DNA of 64,000 bases. Origin: a bacterium. GTDB lineage: Bacteria > Zixibacteria > MSB-5A5 > GN15 > FEB-12. The DNA is taken from the NCBI GenBank assembly GCA_043811375.1, contig JBDRNJ010000068.1, forward strand, positions 1-64,000, in the 5' to 3' direction. The position numbers were made by a program, and so were the translations under genes. The notes below the pieces were generated by a model. That model was not told where the DNA came from. It searched no databases and worked only from the letters and a program-made list of their open reading frames with translations. Below are positions 39,869-48,747 of the stretch, in pieces; position 1 is the first letter of the stretch; the number at the start of each line of letters is the position of its first letter.

Positions 39869-41107
39869 ATGAGAAAGAACTTAACCATGTTTCGTGTTAT
39901 AAATAGAGCTCTGGTATTGGTGCTGCTGAATGCAGCGCTGGTTTCGGCAGTCGATGAGATTGCGTATGTGATCAACACTTCCGGGGAATCCCTGTCTAAA
40001 ATAAACCTGACCAGCGGCGTTGTTGCCAACGACATACTTCCGCTGGGATCAGACATCCTGAGCTACCCCAATCAGATTGTTGTGAGGGATACGCTGGCAT
40101 ACGTTATTGCCTCCGGCACCGACGAGATGCAGATCATCAATCTAAAGACGGAATCGACCGTCGGTTTTATCAACACCGGCGCCGGCTCCAATCCTTTCTG
40201 GGTGGCCTTCCTGGACGACAGGTACTGTTACGTCACTCAAATGATGTACAACAGCCTGGCCAAAGTGGATGTTGTCAGCGGGACAGTCGTTCGCGAGGAT
40301 TCAGTCGGCCTCAGCCCGGAGGGGATCATTATTACCGATTTCAAGGCCTACATCGCCATAACGGCCTTTGATTACAACACGTTTACATTTGGACAGGGGA
40401 AGGTGGTTGTATATGATATCCAGGGCGATACCCTCCTGAACGAGATGAACGTTGGGAAGAACCCGCAGTACCTGGCTCGGGATATGTCGGGACGAATACA
40501 TGTCATCTGCACCGGCGATTACTCGTCCTCGTTTGGTATGATATATGTCATCGATCCCGGTGCCGATACGGTTGTCGACAGCTTCTCGGTTGGCGGCTCA
40601 CCCGGTCAATTAACGATAGGTCCGGACGATGTCGCTTACCTGGCTGCGGGTGGCTGGGTCACTCACGGCTACGTCTACACATATAATGCCGCTACCGGAC
40701 AGGTGTATCACGGCGTCGGCAATCCCATCGTCGTTGATTCGGGTTGCGCCATGGTTGTGGCCTACCAGGACTCGACCGTTTACGAGGGCAATTTCAAGGA
40801 TTTCGTAGCCCGGATTGACTCGTCGGGGACACAACTGGCAAACTACGCCCTCGGCGACGGGCCGGTTCACCTCGATTTCAATTACCTGCCGGGGGATTTC
40901 AATGGCGACTTCGCCACCGACGTTGGCGACCTCACCGCCCTGGTGGCCTGGTTGTTCCAGGGTGGCGTGCCGCCTCATTACCCGTTTTGGCGGGCCAATA
41001 TGGACGGCAGCTATGGGTGCGATGTCGGTGACCTTACCTATCTGGTAGCGTACCTGTTTCAGGGTGGCTCCCCTCCGAAGGTGGGTCCTGCCTGGGTCCG
41101 TCCGTAG
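39869..41107 (+). CDS. YncE/BtuG-like beta-propeller with C-terminal dockerin-like domain
   Basis: SPI-type signal peptide and propeller repeats (AYVI, VGLSPEGI, VGKNPQ, VGGSPG). Duplicated EF-hand-like GDFNGD..TDVGDLT.LV.WLF.GG.PP / ANMDGS..CDVGDLTYLV.YLF.GG.PP. Confidence 0.8.
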   Translation: MRKNLTMFRVINRALVLVLLNAALVSAVDEIAYVINTSGESLSKINLTSGVVANDILPLGSDILSYPNQIVVRDTLAYVIASGTDEMQIINLKTESTVGFINTGAGSNPFWVAFLDDRYCYVTQMMYNSLAKVDVVSGTVVREDSVGLSPEGIIITDFKAYIAITAFDYNTFTFGQGKVVVYDIQGDTLLNEMNVGKNPQYLARDMSGRIHVICTGDYSSSFGMIYVIDPGADTVVDSFSVGGSPGQLTIGPDDVAYLAAGGWVTHGYVYTYNAATGQVYHGVGNPIVVDSGCAMVVAYQDSTVYEGNFKDFVARIDSSGTQLANYALGDGPVHLDFNYLPGDFNGDFATDVGDLTALVAWLFQGGVPPHYPFWRANMDGSYGCDVGDLTYLVAYLFQGGSPPKVGPAWVRP

Positions 41108-41112
41108 TTGTA

Positions 41113-41355
41113 GTGTTGAAAAAGTCGTTGAGAGAAGCGGAGGCCTTCGAGCCGAAGCGACGTGGCAGCCATCGGCTGATTTATGGGTTCCACGGTTCAC
41201 CTCAGTCTCACATTTATTTGTTCCTTTGGGAACACTTGGACTTGTGGAATAGTCGTCAGGTCACACCCCCGACTTCGTTGCTTGGCCCGACTTCGTCGGT
41301 GTCAAGACCTGACCGAAACTTAATTATGACACAGCTTGTCCGCTCAGGGTGACGA
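41113..41355. repeat. Degenerate MITE end plus REP-like hairpins
   Basis: TGTTGAAAAAGTC and CGAAGCGACGTGGC are shared with the 36567 element. Also GTCAGGTC...GACCTGAC and TCCGCTCAGGGTGAC. Confidence 0.55.
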
Positions 41356-41691
41356 CATTCGTTGCCTTGTGAAACATACTTATGGGACAGCCCCTGGACA
41401 TGCGCCGGCCAAAGGGGAATCGGTCCTCGACAATCCACCTTGATTGAAGGACCACTGTCATTTCTTTGAGTTTCTACGGGATACTACGGGCACGGTTTGT
41501 CTTGTATCAGGGCTGGTCGGGAAAGAGGCCGGGTACTGGTCGGCATCAAAAACTGGTCCCGGACGAGAACAATTGACCATAAAAAGAAGGGTTTTCTATT
41601 GACAACAACGGGTTTGAGTGTATATTTACTTATTCTCGCTGCACGTGGCAGTAGTAATTCGCAACATTTGTAGGATTTCTGAAAGCAACTT

Positions 41692-42114
41692 ATGAGTGGA
41701 TGGCACCTGGAATACTCGATTGACGTTGATCCCAAGATCCGGACTGTTTACGAAAAGATTTTCGGTGTATGGAGGATCAGCACGGCGGAGAGTTTCGTCC
41801 GGGACTACGAGGTTGAGGTAGCGCCCCTGATCAAGAAACCCTGGGCGCGGTTGTGTGATTTGACCAACTGGAAAACAGCCTATCCGGAAGTAATTGATAT
41901 CATCGGTGATCATCTGGTGTGGTGTCGCGAGCACAACCTGGCCTGGTCCACGAACATCATTAATAACCCGGTGACTTTCAACCAGCTAAGAAGAATGTTT
42001 GACAAGGGGGGCACCAAGGAGATCTCACGGACATTTCGTACTCGAATTGAGGCCGAGCAGTTTCTGCGTGAGAAAGGATTTGGTATCGAAGCTTCCCCCA
42101 CTCCCTGGAAATAA
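41692..42114 (+). CDS. Hypothetical protein, possibly STAS/SEC14 (SpoIIAA-like) fold
   Basis: Pattern G.W...A..F, LCDLTNW and F.T..EA..FL; upstream TTGACA..TATATT promoter. Confidence 0.65.
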   Translation: MSGWHLEYSIDVDPKIRTVYEKIFGVWRISTAESFVRDYEVEVAPLIKKPWARLCDLTNWKTAYPEVIDIIGDHLVWCREHNLAWSTNIINNPVTFNQLRRMFDKGGTKEISRTFRTRIEAEQFLREKGFGIEASPTPWK

Positions 42115-42294
42115 GTCGGTTCCCTTAGACTAAGCTCCCCGGAGTCAGCTCCGGTGGTGATCCGTCAGCGCCGCCCAAACAGCAGTTATGGACCTTAGCC
42201 GACAGCCTTGTGACATTTATGGGGGGGGTTGCTTTTCCGGCGATATCGGCATAGATTACAGGCTCCTGAACATGACAAGACTGAGGTACAACAT

Positions 42295-44037
42295 ATGAAG
42301 TGCTCTAAACTGACGGCAGTTTGTCTGGCAACCCTGTTGATCGGGTGTGGCCCGGAATTCTTATCGCAACGGAATATCGATCAGCACGATTATATCGTAG
42401 CGCAGGCGGACACATTGTACTCGATAACTATACCGCAGCTTTACCGGGTGCTGGAACAAACGGAGCGGGCTCGTTACGGGGGCATGATTACGGCTGAAGA
42501 GGTGGCGGACGTTCTGGACAGTATCTTGTGTGACACACTGGCCGGATTTCGAGCCGACGATCTCAATCTGGGTGATTACTACAACTATTATAACACCTAC
42601 GAGAAGCGTTATTTCCGGTACCTGATCACCAGGTACTTTGAAGAGGAAGTATACAAGAAAGTCAGTGTCGACTCACAGGAAGTAGTCGATTTTCGTGCCG
42701 GCCGTCCGGATTTGTTTGCACTTGACGAACAGGTTCTGGTACGCCAGATATTAATATCGCCGGTTGGCCTGAAAAACGGTCCCGATTCAGTTAATTTCCG
42801 AACTCTGACTGAGGAACGGTTGAATCAGGAGATGGTCAAATATGTCTACCAGATACGCCGTATGCTCGATTTTGGGGTGGCGTTTGAGGAAGTAGCCGGC
42901 AAGTACTCTCACGACGAGATGTCGGCCCGGCAAGGCGGGTTAGTGGGTTGGACGAAACGGAGAAAATACGAGGACCCGTTCGATTCGATTGCTTTTTCGA
43001 TACAGCCCGGGGAAATCTCTGAGCCGTACCAGGATAATTCCGGCTGGCATATTCTATATATCGAGGAACGTATCGACGAGGGACTGGCCAACCTCGACAA
43101 AGAACAATACGAAATTGCCGAAGCGTCGCTTTCGATGAGCAAGGGCAGTCGGAGAATGAATCCGTTGCGGGATTCCCTGTTTGATCAAGTGGAATTGGCC
43201 TACAACGAAGCTGTTTTGGACAGCAACATTGATTTTATGGAGATCACTACCTGGGCCGCGATCGTCAACGGACAGGACACAATCAACGTGGACGAAATGG
43301 GGCGGTTGGAGCGGTCGTATCGTGGGTATCGCAATGTCAAGAATACGACGCCGGAAATGAAAAAAGAGATAATTCTAACCCTGGCGGAGCGTTATTCCTA
43401 TGTACAGGGTGCTCGGGCGGCAGGGATTGATACTATACCGGACGTGGTGGCCGAAGAAAAAGCTCTGCGGCATAAGTACTCCAAGGAAATTATTGCCAAG
43501 CAGGGTCGGTCGTTGGGGTGGATACCCCCGAAAGACCTGGTTCAGAAGTACTTCGATGAACACATCGAGGAATTTACGGTCGAGGCCGGTGTCCACGTGC
43601 AGCACATTATCGTCGACGATTCGGTGTTCGGGGAATTCGTGAGAGATCAGGCTATGGCCGGGGTCGATTTCCTTGAGTTGGCTAAGGAGTATTATCCGGG
43701 CGAACCCGGTGTCAGGGCCGACCTTGCCGATCTTGGTATGATCGGTCCCGAGGACGTGCCGCCGGAGCTCTACACCGCGGCATCGGTAACCCCGGTCGGT
43801 GTCGTGACACATCCGGTCAAGACTCAATACGGATACCATATCATCAAGGTAGTTAGTCGCACTGAACCGACTCGTTTGCATCATGTCAGCAGTAAGATAA
43901 ATGAAATACTGAGAAAGCAGCAGGCGCGGGAAATCTTCAACCGATACCGGGATGATCTGTATACCCGGTATAATGTGCGTTTCAAGGGGAAACTCTACCC
44001 TGTTCATCTCAGGCCGATGACCAGCCGCAACGAGTAG
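42295..44037 (+). CDS. Parvulin-type peptidyl-prolyl isomerase lipoprotein (two PPIase domains; PrsA/SurA-like)
   Basis: LLIG-C lipobox, FEEVAGKYS.D..SARQGG..GW, GWHIL, VQHI and PVKTQYGYHIIKV. Confidence 0.88.
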   Translation: MKCSKLTAVCLATLLIGCGPEFLSQRNIDQHDYIVAQADTLYSITIPQLYRVLEQTERARYGGMITAEEVADVLDSILCDTLAGFRADDLNLGDYYNYYNTYEKRYFRYLITRYFEEEVYKKVSVDSQEVVDFRAGRPDLFALDEQVLVRQILISPVGLKNGPDSVNFRTLTEERLNQEMVKYVYQIRRMLDFGVAFEEVAGKYSHDEMSARQGGLVGWTKRRKYEDPFDSIAFSIQPGEISEPYQDNSGWHILYIEERIDEGLANLDKEQYEIAEASLSMSKGSRRMNPLRDSLFDQVELAYNEAVLDSNIDFMEITTWAAIVNGQDTINVDEMGRLERSYRGYRNVKNTTPEMKKEIILTLAERYSYVQGARAAGIDTIPDVVAEEKALRHKYSKEIIAKQGRSLGWIPPKDLVQKYFDEHIEEFTVEAGVHVQHIIVDDSVFGEFVRDQAMAGVDFLELAKEYYPGEPGVRADLADLGMIGPEDVPPELYTAASVTPVGVVTHPVKTQYGYHIIKVVSRTEPTRLHHVSSKINEILRKQQAREIFNRYRDDLYTRYNVRFKGKLYPVHLRPMTSRNE

Positions 44038-44039
44038 TG

Positions 44040-44672
44040 ATGGCTGACCGCAAAACTGCTGCTGATTCACATCAGATCTCATTCAGCCGGGAACTGATAC
44101 GCAAGGGCACTCACATGGGTGCTCTGGTAATCCCCGGTGGCTATTACCTGCTGCGATTGGATAAACTTGAGATGCTGGCGGTGATGTTGCCGATCGCCGT
44201 GGCGATGGTCCTTATAGATGTAGCTCGGCTGCGGGGGTGGTGGCTATGGCGATCCGTGGCGCGGCCGGTTATTGGCCCTCTGATCAGACATCACGAAAGC
44301 GCCGGTGATTTCATCGGAGCCACTCATATACTTTTGTCTGTCTGTTTTACGATTGCTCTGTACGACAAACCGATAGCCATTGCGGCGCTGGTGTTTATCA
44401 TGGTCGGGGACACTTTCGCGGCGCTGGTGGGGCGCAAGTTCGGACGTCACCGCTGGGGTCGGAAATCACTGGAGGGCTCTCTGGCCTGTCTGGTCAGCAC
44501 AGTGGCGGTAGCGCTGTTATTGCCCGGGTTGGTTCTTGAAGTAGCTCTGGCTGGAGCTGTGGTGGCGACAGTCGTCGAAGGACTCCCCCTGAAGATTGAC
44601 GATAACACATCGGTACCGATTCTATCCGGCCTGTTCATGACGCTTCTGAGCCGCCTGCCGGTAATCGGCTGA
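44040..44672 (+). CDS. SEC59/DGK1/VTE5-family CTP-dependent polyprenol/diacylglycerol kinase
   Basis: RK.TH, GDTFAALVGRKFG, KSLEGS and DDN..VP. Confidence 0.88.
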   Translation: MADRKTAADSHQISFSRELIRKGTHMGALVIPGGYYLLRLDKLEMLAVMLPIAVAMVLIDVARLRGWWLWRSVARPVIGPLIRHHESAGDFIGATHILLSVCFTIALYDKPIAIAALVFIMVGDTFAALVGRKFGRHRWGRKSLEGSLACLVSTVAVALLLPGLVLEVALAGAVVATVVEGLPLKIDDNTSVPILSGLFMTLLSRLPVIG

Positions 44673-44759
44673 TTACTTCAGATTTTTTGTTGTTTTTTGG
44701 CTCAAACGTCGTATAATCAATAAAGAGACACGTTCACTGTTACACCGGGAGCAGACTGA

Positions 44760-44966
44760 ATGTCAAAAGGCAAGGTTAAGTATTTCAACGACTTAACAGG
44801 CTGGGGTATCATTTCAGGACAACAACTGAGGCAGGACATTTACGTTCACTACACTGATATCAAAATGAATGGGTTCAAGACCCTGCGCGTCGGTCAGGAC
44901 GTCCTGTATGAGCTGGCACGGACAGAGCGCGGGCATCAAGCCCGCAATGTGACGCCGGTAGCTTAA
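44760..44966 (+). CDS. Cold-shock domain protein
   Basis: KGKVKYFN...GWGII, DIYVHY and GFKTL..GQ.V...QARNV. Confidence 0.92.
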   Translation: MSKGKVKYFNDLTGWGIISGQQLRQDIYVHYTDIKMNGFKTLRVGQDVLYELARTERGHQARNVTPVA

Positions 44967-45096
44967 AACCTGAGCGGCTATTGATACCAATGCCGGGATA
45001 AACTGGTAAGTCAGTGCGGCGGGTAGGTAATCCTGCTGCCTGAGTTTTGCCCGGTTTGTCATTGACAGTCAATCACAAAAGGGTCACACTCTGGTT

Positions 45097-47187
45097 GTGG
45101 CTGAGATGACGCTAACTTCTCCTTTGCAGTATCTCAAAGGGGTCGGTCCGCACCGCGCCAAGGTTCTGGCGCGGCACCACCTGGTTCAGGTGTGCGATCT
45201 GCTGTTTTATTTTCCCAGAGCATACCTTGATCGCACTCGGATTGTCCGTATCAGTTCGATCAAACCCGACCAGTCAGTAACTATTGTGGGCCGGGTGAAA
45301 GCCCACGGCAAGCTGTACGGCAGGAAAAGGTCCATGTATGAAGTCATCCTGGAGGATGACAGCGGGGCGATAACGCTCACCTGGTTTCGTGGTGTCAAAT
45401 ACTTTGAGCGAATGTTTCAAAAAGGACAGAAGTATGCCGCCACCGGAATCGTCAGCTACTTCAACGGGTATCAGATACTACATCCGGAGTTGGAGCGGCT
45501 GGAGGAAGACAGCGATGAAATGATTCATGCCGGTCGCATCGTACCGGTCTACCCCCAGACGGCTGAGTTAAACCGGGTGGGGCTGAACAGCCGTGGTATT
45601 CGGAAACTGACGACCCTGGTACTTGATAATCTGAGCGAAACCATTACCGACCCGGTTCCGGCAACCGAAAAGACGAAACTGGGACTGCCGTCGCTTCACG
45701 AGGCCGTGGTTCAGATGCACTACCCCTCCAGTCAGAGCAATATAGAATCCAGCCGCCGCCGACTGGCTTTTGATGAGTTGCTGAAGTTCCAGTTTTTGGT
45801 TTTTAGCCGCCGGGGTCTCAAAGAGACAGTGGTCAAGAAACATCATTACCGTTTGCCCGGCGAGAAAATGACGGCGTTCGAAAACCGGTTACCCTTTTCG
45901 TTAACAGCCGCCCAGCAGAAAGTTACCGGTGAAATCATCTCGGATATGCAGTTGCCGCCTCCGATGGCCCGGCTGTTGCAGGGGGATGTCGGCTGCGGCA
46001 AGACGGTGGTCGCTATTCTGTCCGCCCTCTATGTGGCTGAAAACAACCTGCAGACGGCCTTTATGGCGCCTACCGAAATACTGGCCGAGCAGCACTACCG
46101 GACCTGGGGAGAAGCGCTGTCACGGCTGGGAGTAACCAGTGCCCTGTTGACATCCAGCCTCCGGGGATCTCAGAAGAAGAAGGTAGCCCGGCAATGTACT
46201 GAGGGGGAAGTGCAGGTTCTTTTCGGTACCCACGCACTGATATACGATTACGTCTCTTTCAGCGATCTGGGGCTGGTGATAATTGATGAACAGCATCGTT
46301 TTGGCGTGGAACAGCGGAGTCGGCTCTGCGCCAAAGGAGACAGTCCGGATTTGCTGGTCCTGACCGCTACGCCGATACCACGGACACTGGCGCTGACGTT
46401 CTATGGCGACCTGGACATCTCGACTATCGACAGCTTGCCTCCCGGACGCAAGAAAACACGCACGGTGTGGCGGATGCAGGACACTCGTGACAAAGTCTAT
46501 CAGTACGTCAGGGAAGAGGCAGGCCGGGGAGGACAGGTTTATATCATATATCCGGTGATTGAGAAATCCGAGCAGTTGCCGCTGGAGAGTGTCGAAGAAG
46601 CTTACCGGAAGCTTTCCAAAGACGTCTTCTCCGGTTTGCACGTCGGTATGGTACACGGGCGCTTGAAAGCGGCTGAGAGGGATGACGTACTGGCGCGGTT
46701 TCGGGATCGGGAACTGGATATTCTGCTGTCAACGACGGTAATCGAGGTCGGTATCGACAATCCCGGAGCCACCCTTATGGTCATTGAACATGCCGAACGG
46801 TTTGGTCTGGCCCAGTTGCACCAGTTGCGCGGTCGCATCGGCCGTGGTTCCCGGGAAGCTACGCTGGTGGCACTGGCTCACCCGCCACTTTCGGATATTG
46901 CCCGCCGCCGGCTGACTATGTTTGTCTCTACCTCTGACGGTTTTGAGATAGCCGAGGCGGATATGCAACTGCGCGGTCCGGGGGAGATGTTCGGCGTTCG
47001 CCAGTCGGGTCTGCCGGAATTCAGAACAGCCAGGCTGGCGGTTGACCGAGATTTAATCGAGGCCGGGCAACGTCTGCTTCAGACTATGTCGGCCGGCCCG
47101 GACCGCCTTGACAACGAGCAAAGCAAGCTGTATTCCTATCTTCAGGAAAGCGCCACCCACCGGAAAACACTTCTCGGCGGGGGATGA
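45097..47187 (+). CDS. recG: ATP-dependent DNA helicase RecG
   Basis: LKGVGP, RLLQGDVGCGKT, DEQHRFGV, TATPIPRTL, QLHQLRGRIGRG and LRGPGE. Confidence 0.97.
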   Translation: MAEMTLTSPLQYLKGVGPHRAKVLARHHLVQVCDLLFYFPRAYLDRTRIVRISSIKPDQSVTIVGRVKAHGKLYGRKRSMYEVILEDDSGAITLTWFRGVKYFERMFQKGQKYAATGIVSYFNGYQILHPELERLEEDSDEMIHAGRIVPVYPQTAELNRVGLNSRGIRKLTTLVLDNLSETITDPVPATEKTKLGLPSLHEAVVQMHYPSSQSNIESSRRRLAFDELLKFQFLVFSRRGLKETVVKKHHYRLPGEKMTAFENRLPFSLTAAQQKVTGEIISDMQLPPPMARLLQGDVGCGKTVVAILSALYVAENNLQTAFMAPTEILAEQHYRTWGEALSRLGVTSALLTSSLRGSQKKKVARQCTEGEVQVLFGTHALIYDYVSFSDLGLVIIDEQHRFGVEQRSRLCAKGDSPDLLVLTATPIPRTLALTFYGDLDISTIDSLPPGRKKTRTVWRMQDTRDKVYQYVREEAGRGGQVYIIYPVIEKSEQLPLESVEEAYRKLSKDVFSGLHVGMVHGRLKAAERDDVLARFRDRELDILLSTTVIEVGIDNPGATLMVIEHAERFGLAQLHQLRGRIGRGSREATLVALAHPPLSDIARRRLTMFVSTSDGFEIAEADMQLRGPGEMFGVRQSGLPEFRTARLAVDRDLIEAGQRLLQTMSAGPDRLDNEQSKLYSYLQESATHRKTLLGGG

Positions 47188-47239
47188 TAACAGTCATAGC
47201 TGCCGACCTTAATTCACGGCAGCATCAGGAGCATTTGGT

Positions 47240-47632
47240 ATGAATCAATCGCAGGAAAAACTTGACCCGCATCTGTTGCAATTGGTGTTGTCGCTGCAGG
47301 CCGGCGCCATGCAGCAGTTGGGAAAAATCGCTTCGCCGATCTCAGGCAAGATCGAGCGCAACCTGGAAATGGCTCGGCATACAATCGACATGCTTGATAT
47401 GCTGAACGGTAAAATGGACGGCAATCTGACCGAGCAGGAACAACAGTTAATTCAGCACGCTCTTTACGAACTCCGCATGAACTTCGTCGAAGAGTCCGGG
47501 AAAGACACAGATGGCGAGCAATCCAAAGACAGCGACGATGAGCAACCGCAGCCGTCTGATAATCAATCGGAACCGGTTACAGAGCAAGAAGAACCCGGCG
47601 AATCTGAATTAGACCGGCCCGGACAGGAGTAG
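47240..47632 (+). CDS. DUF1844 domain-containing protein
   Basis: AMQQLG.I..P, A..TID.L.ML..K..GNL..E and LYELRMNFV; acidic tail. Confidence 0.85.
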   Translation: MNQSQEKLDPHLLQLVLSLQAGAMQQLGKIASPISGKIERNLEMARHTIDMLDMLNGKMDGNLTEQEQQLIQHALYELRMNFVEESGKDTDGEQSKDSDDEQPQPSDNQSEPVTEQEEPGESELDRPGQE

Positions 47633-47759
47633 TGGCCCGGCGGTTGGCCTTTTTGTCGGTGAACGATGTATAAGAAAGTGGGCAGGTTTGCCCCGGCTGC
47701 AGATCAGATATCGCCGTATATCCTTGATTGTGGCGGCGTTTCGACCTATATTATAGCGA

Positions 47760-48713
47760 ATGAAGGTGACTGAGAGGCACGCTGTCAACCAGGAGAAGAT
47801 AAAACAGGTACTTTCCGCTCGATTGGGACCGGCTGTCGAGTTTGATCGCGAGTTGGCCGAATTCACCAGTTTCCGGACCGGCGGTCCGGCCGGCTATTTC
47901 TATACCGCGGCCGGTGTCGATGATGTAATACGGGCGGTTCGGGTGGCGTCAGAGTTGAATCTGCCCCGGTTCATTTTGGGCGGCGGTACCAACCTGCTGG
48001 TGTCGGACAAGGGGTACGGCGGTTTGGTTATCAGGGTCGATATCCGCGGCCTTGATCTGGTCGATGACCTTCAGATTGACTGCGGCGCCGGTGAACCGCT
48101 ATCGGCGCTGGTAGAATATGTCGCAGCAAAGTCGTTGAGCGGCCTGGAATTCGCGGCCGGTATCTGGGGTACTGCAGGTGGCGCCGTGTGCGGCAACGCC
48201 GGGGCTTATGGCGGCGATATCGGTTCGACAATTGTCAGGGTGACCCTGATCGACCCGCAAGGTGAACTAAAAGAAGTGACGGCAGATTACTGCCGGTTCG
48301 ACTATCGAGATTCCCGCCTGAAAAGTAGTGGCGACGTGATAATCGAGGCACGCCTGAAACTTAAAAAAGGAGATCCGGTAAAGATACGCAGTCGGATGGA
48401 GGAGATTATGACCCAGCGGCGGAACAGGCACCCGGTAGAGGGCCGTTCGGCCGGCTGTTTTTTTAAGAACATAATCGATCCCGACAATCCGGATGAAAAG
48501 ATTCCGGCCGGCCGGTTGCTGGATGAGACCGGCGCCAAGGAAATATCGGTCGGTGATGCCAGAGTGTTTGCCGAACATGCCAATATCATAGTCAATGCCG
48601 GCGCCGCCACATCCGGGGATATCCGGGCTTTGGCCGATCTGCTGGCCGAGAAAGTCTACCGAAAATTCGGCGTCAGACTGCAACCGGAAGTAGTACATCT
48701 GGGTGAGTTTTGA
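47760..48713 (+). CDS. murB: UDP-N-acetylenolpyruvoylglucosamine reductase
   Basis: TSFRTGGPA, GGGTNLL, GLEF..GI.GT.GG...NAGAYG, SAGCFFKN and HAN.IVN. Confidence 0.95.
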   Translation: MKVTERHAVNQEKIKQVLSARLGPAVEFDRELAEFTSFRTGGPAGYFYTAAGVDDVIRAVRVASELNLPRFILGGGTNLLVSDKGYGGLVIRVDIRGLDLVDDLQIDCGAGEPLSALVEYVAAKSLSGLEFAAGIWGTAGGAVCGNAGAYGGDIGSTIVRVTLIDPQGELKEVTADYCRFDYRDSRLKSSGDVIIEARLKLKKGDPVKIRSRMEEIMTQRRNRHPVEGRSAGCFFKNIIDPDNPDEKIPAGRLLDETGAKEISVGDARVFAEHANIIVNAGAATSGDIRALADLLAEKVYRKFGVRLQPEVVHLGEF

Positions 48714-48747
48714 GCGAAGGGAGGATGCTTATTGAAACGTTTCTAAT

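Noticed and set aside
41356..41600. Possible structured RNA (e.g. tRNA-Sec or 6S)
   Set aside because: No cloverleaf, UCA anticodon arm or long rod with central bubble could be supported.
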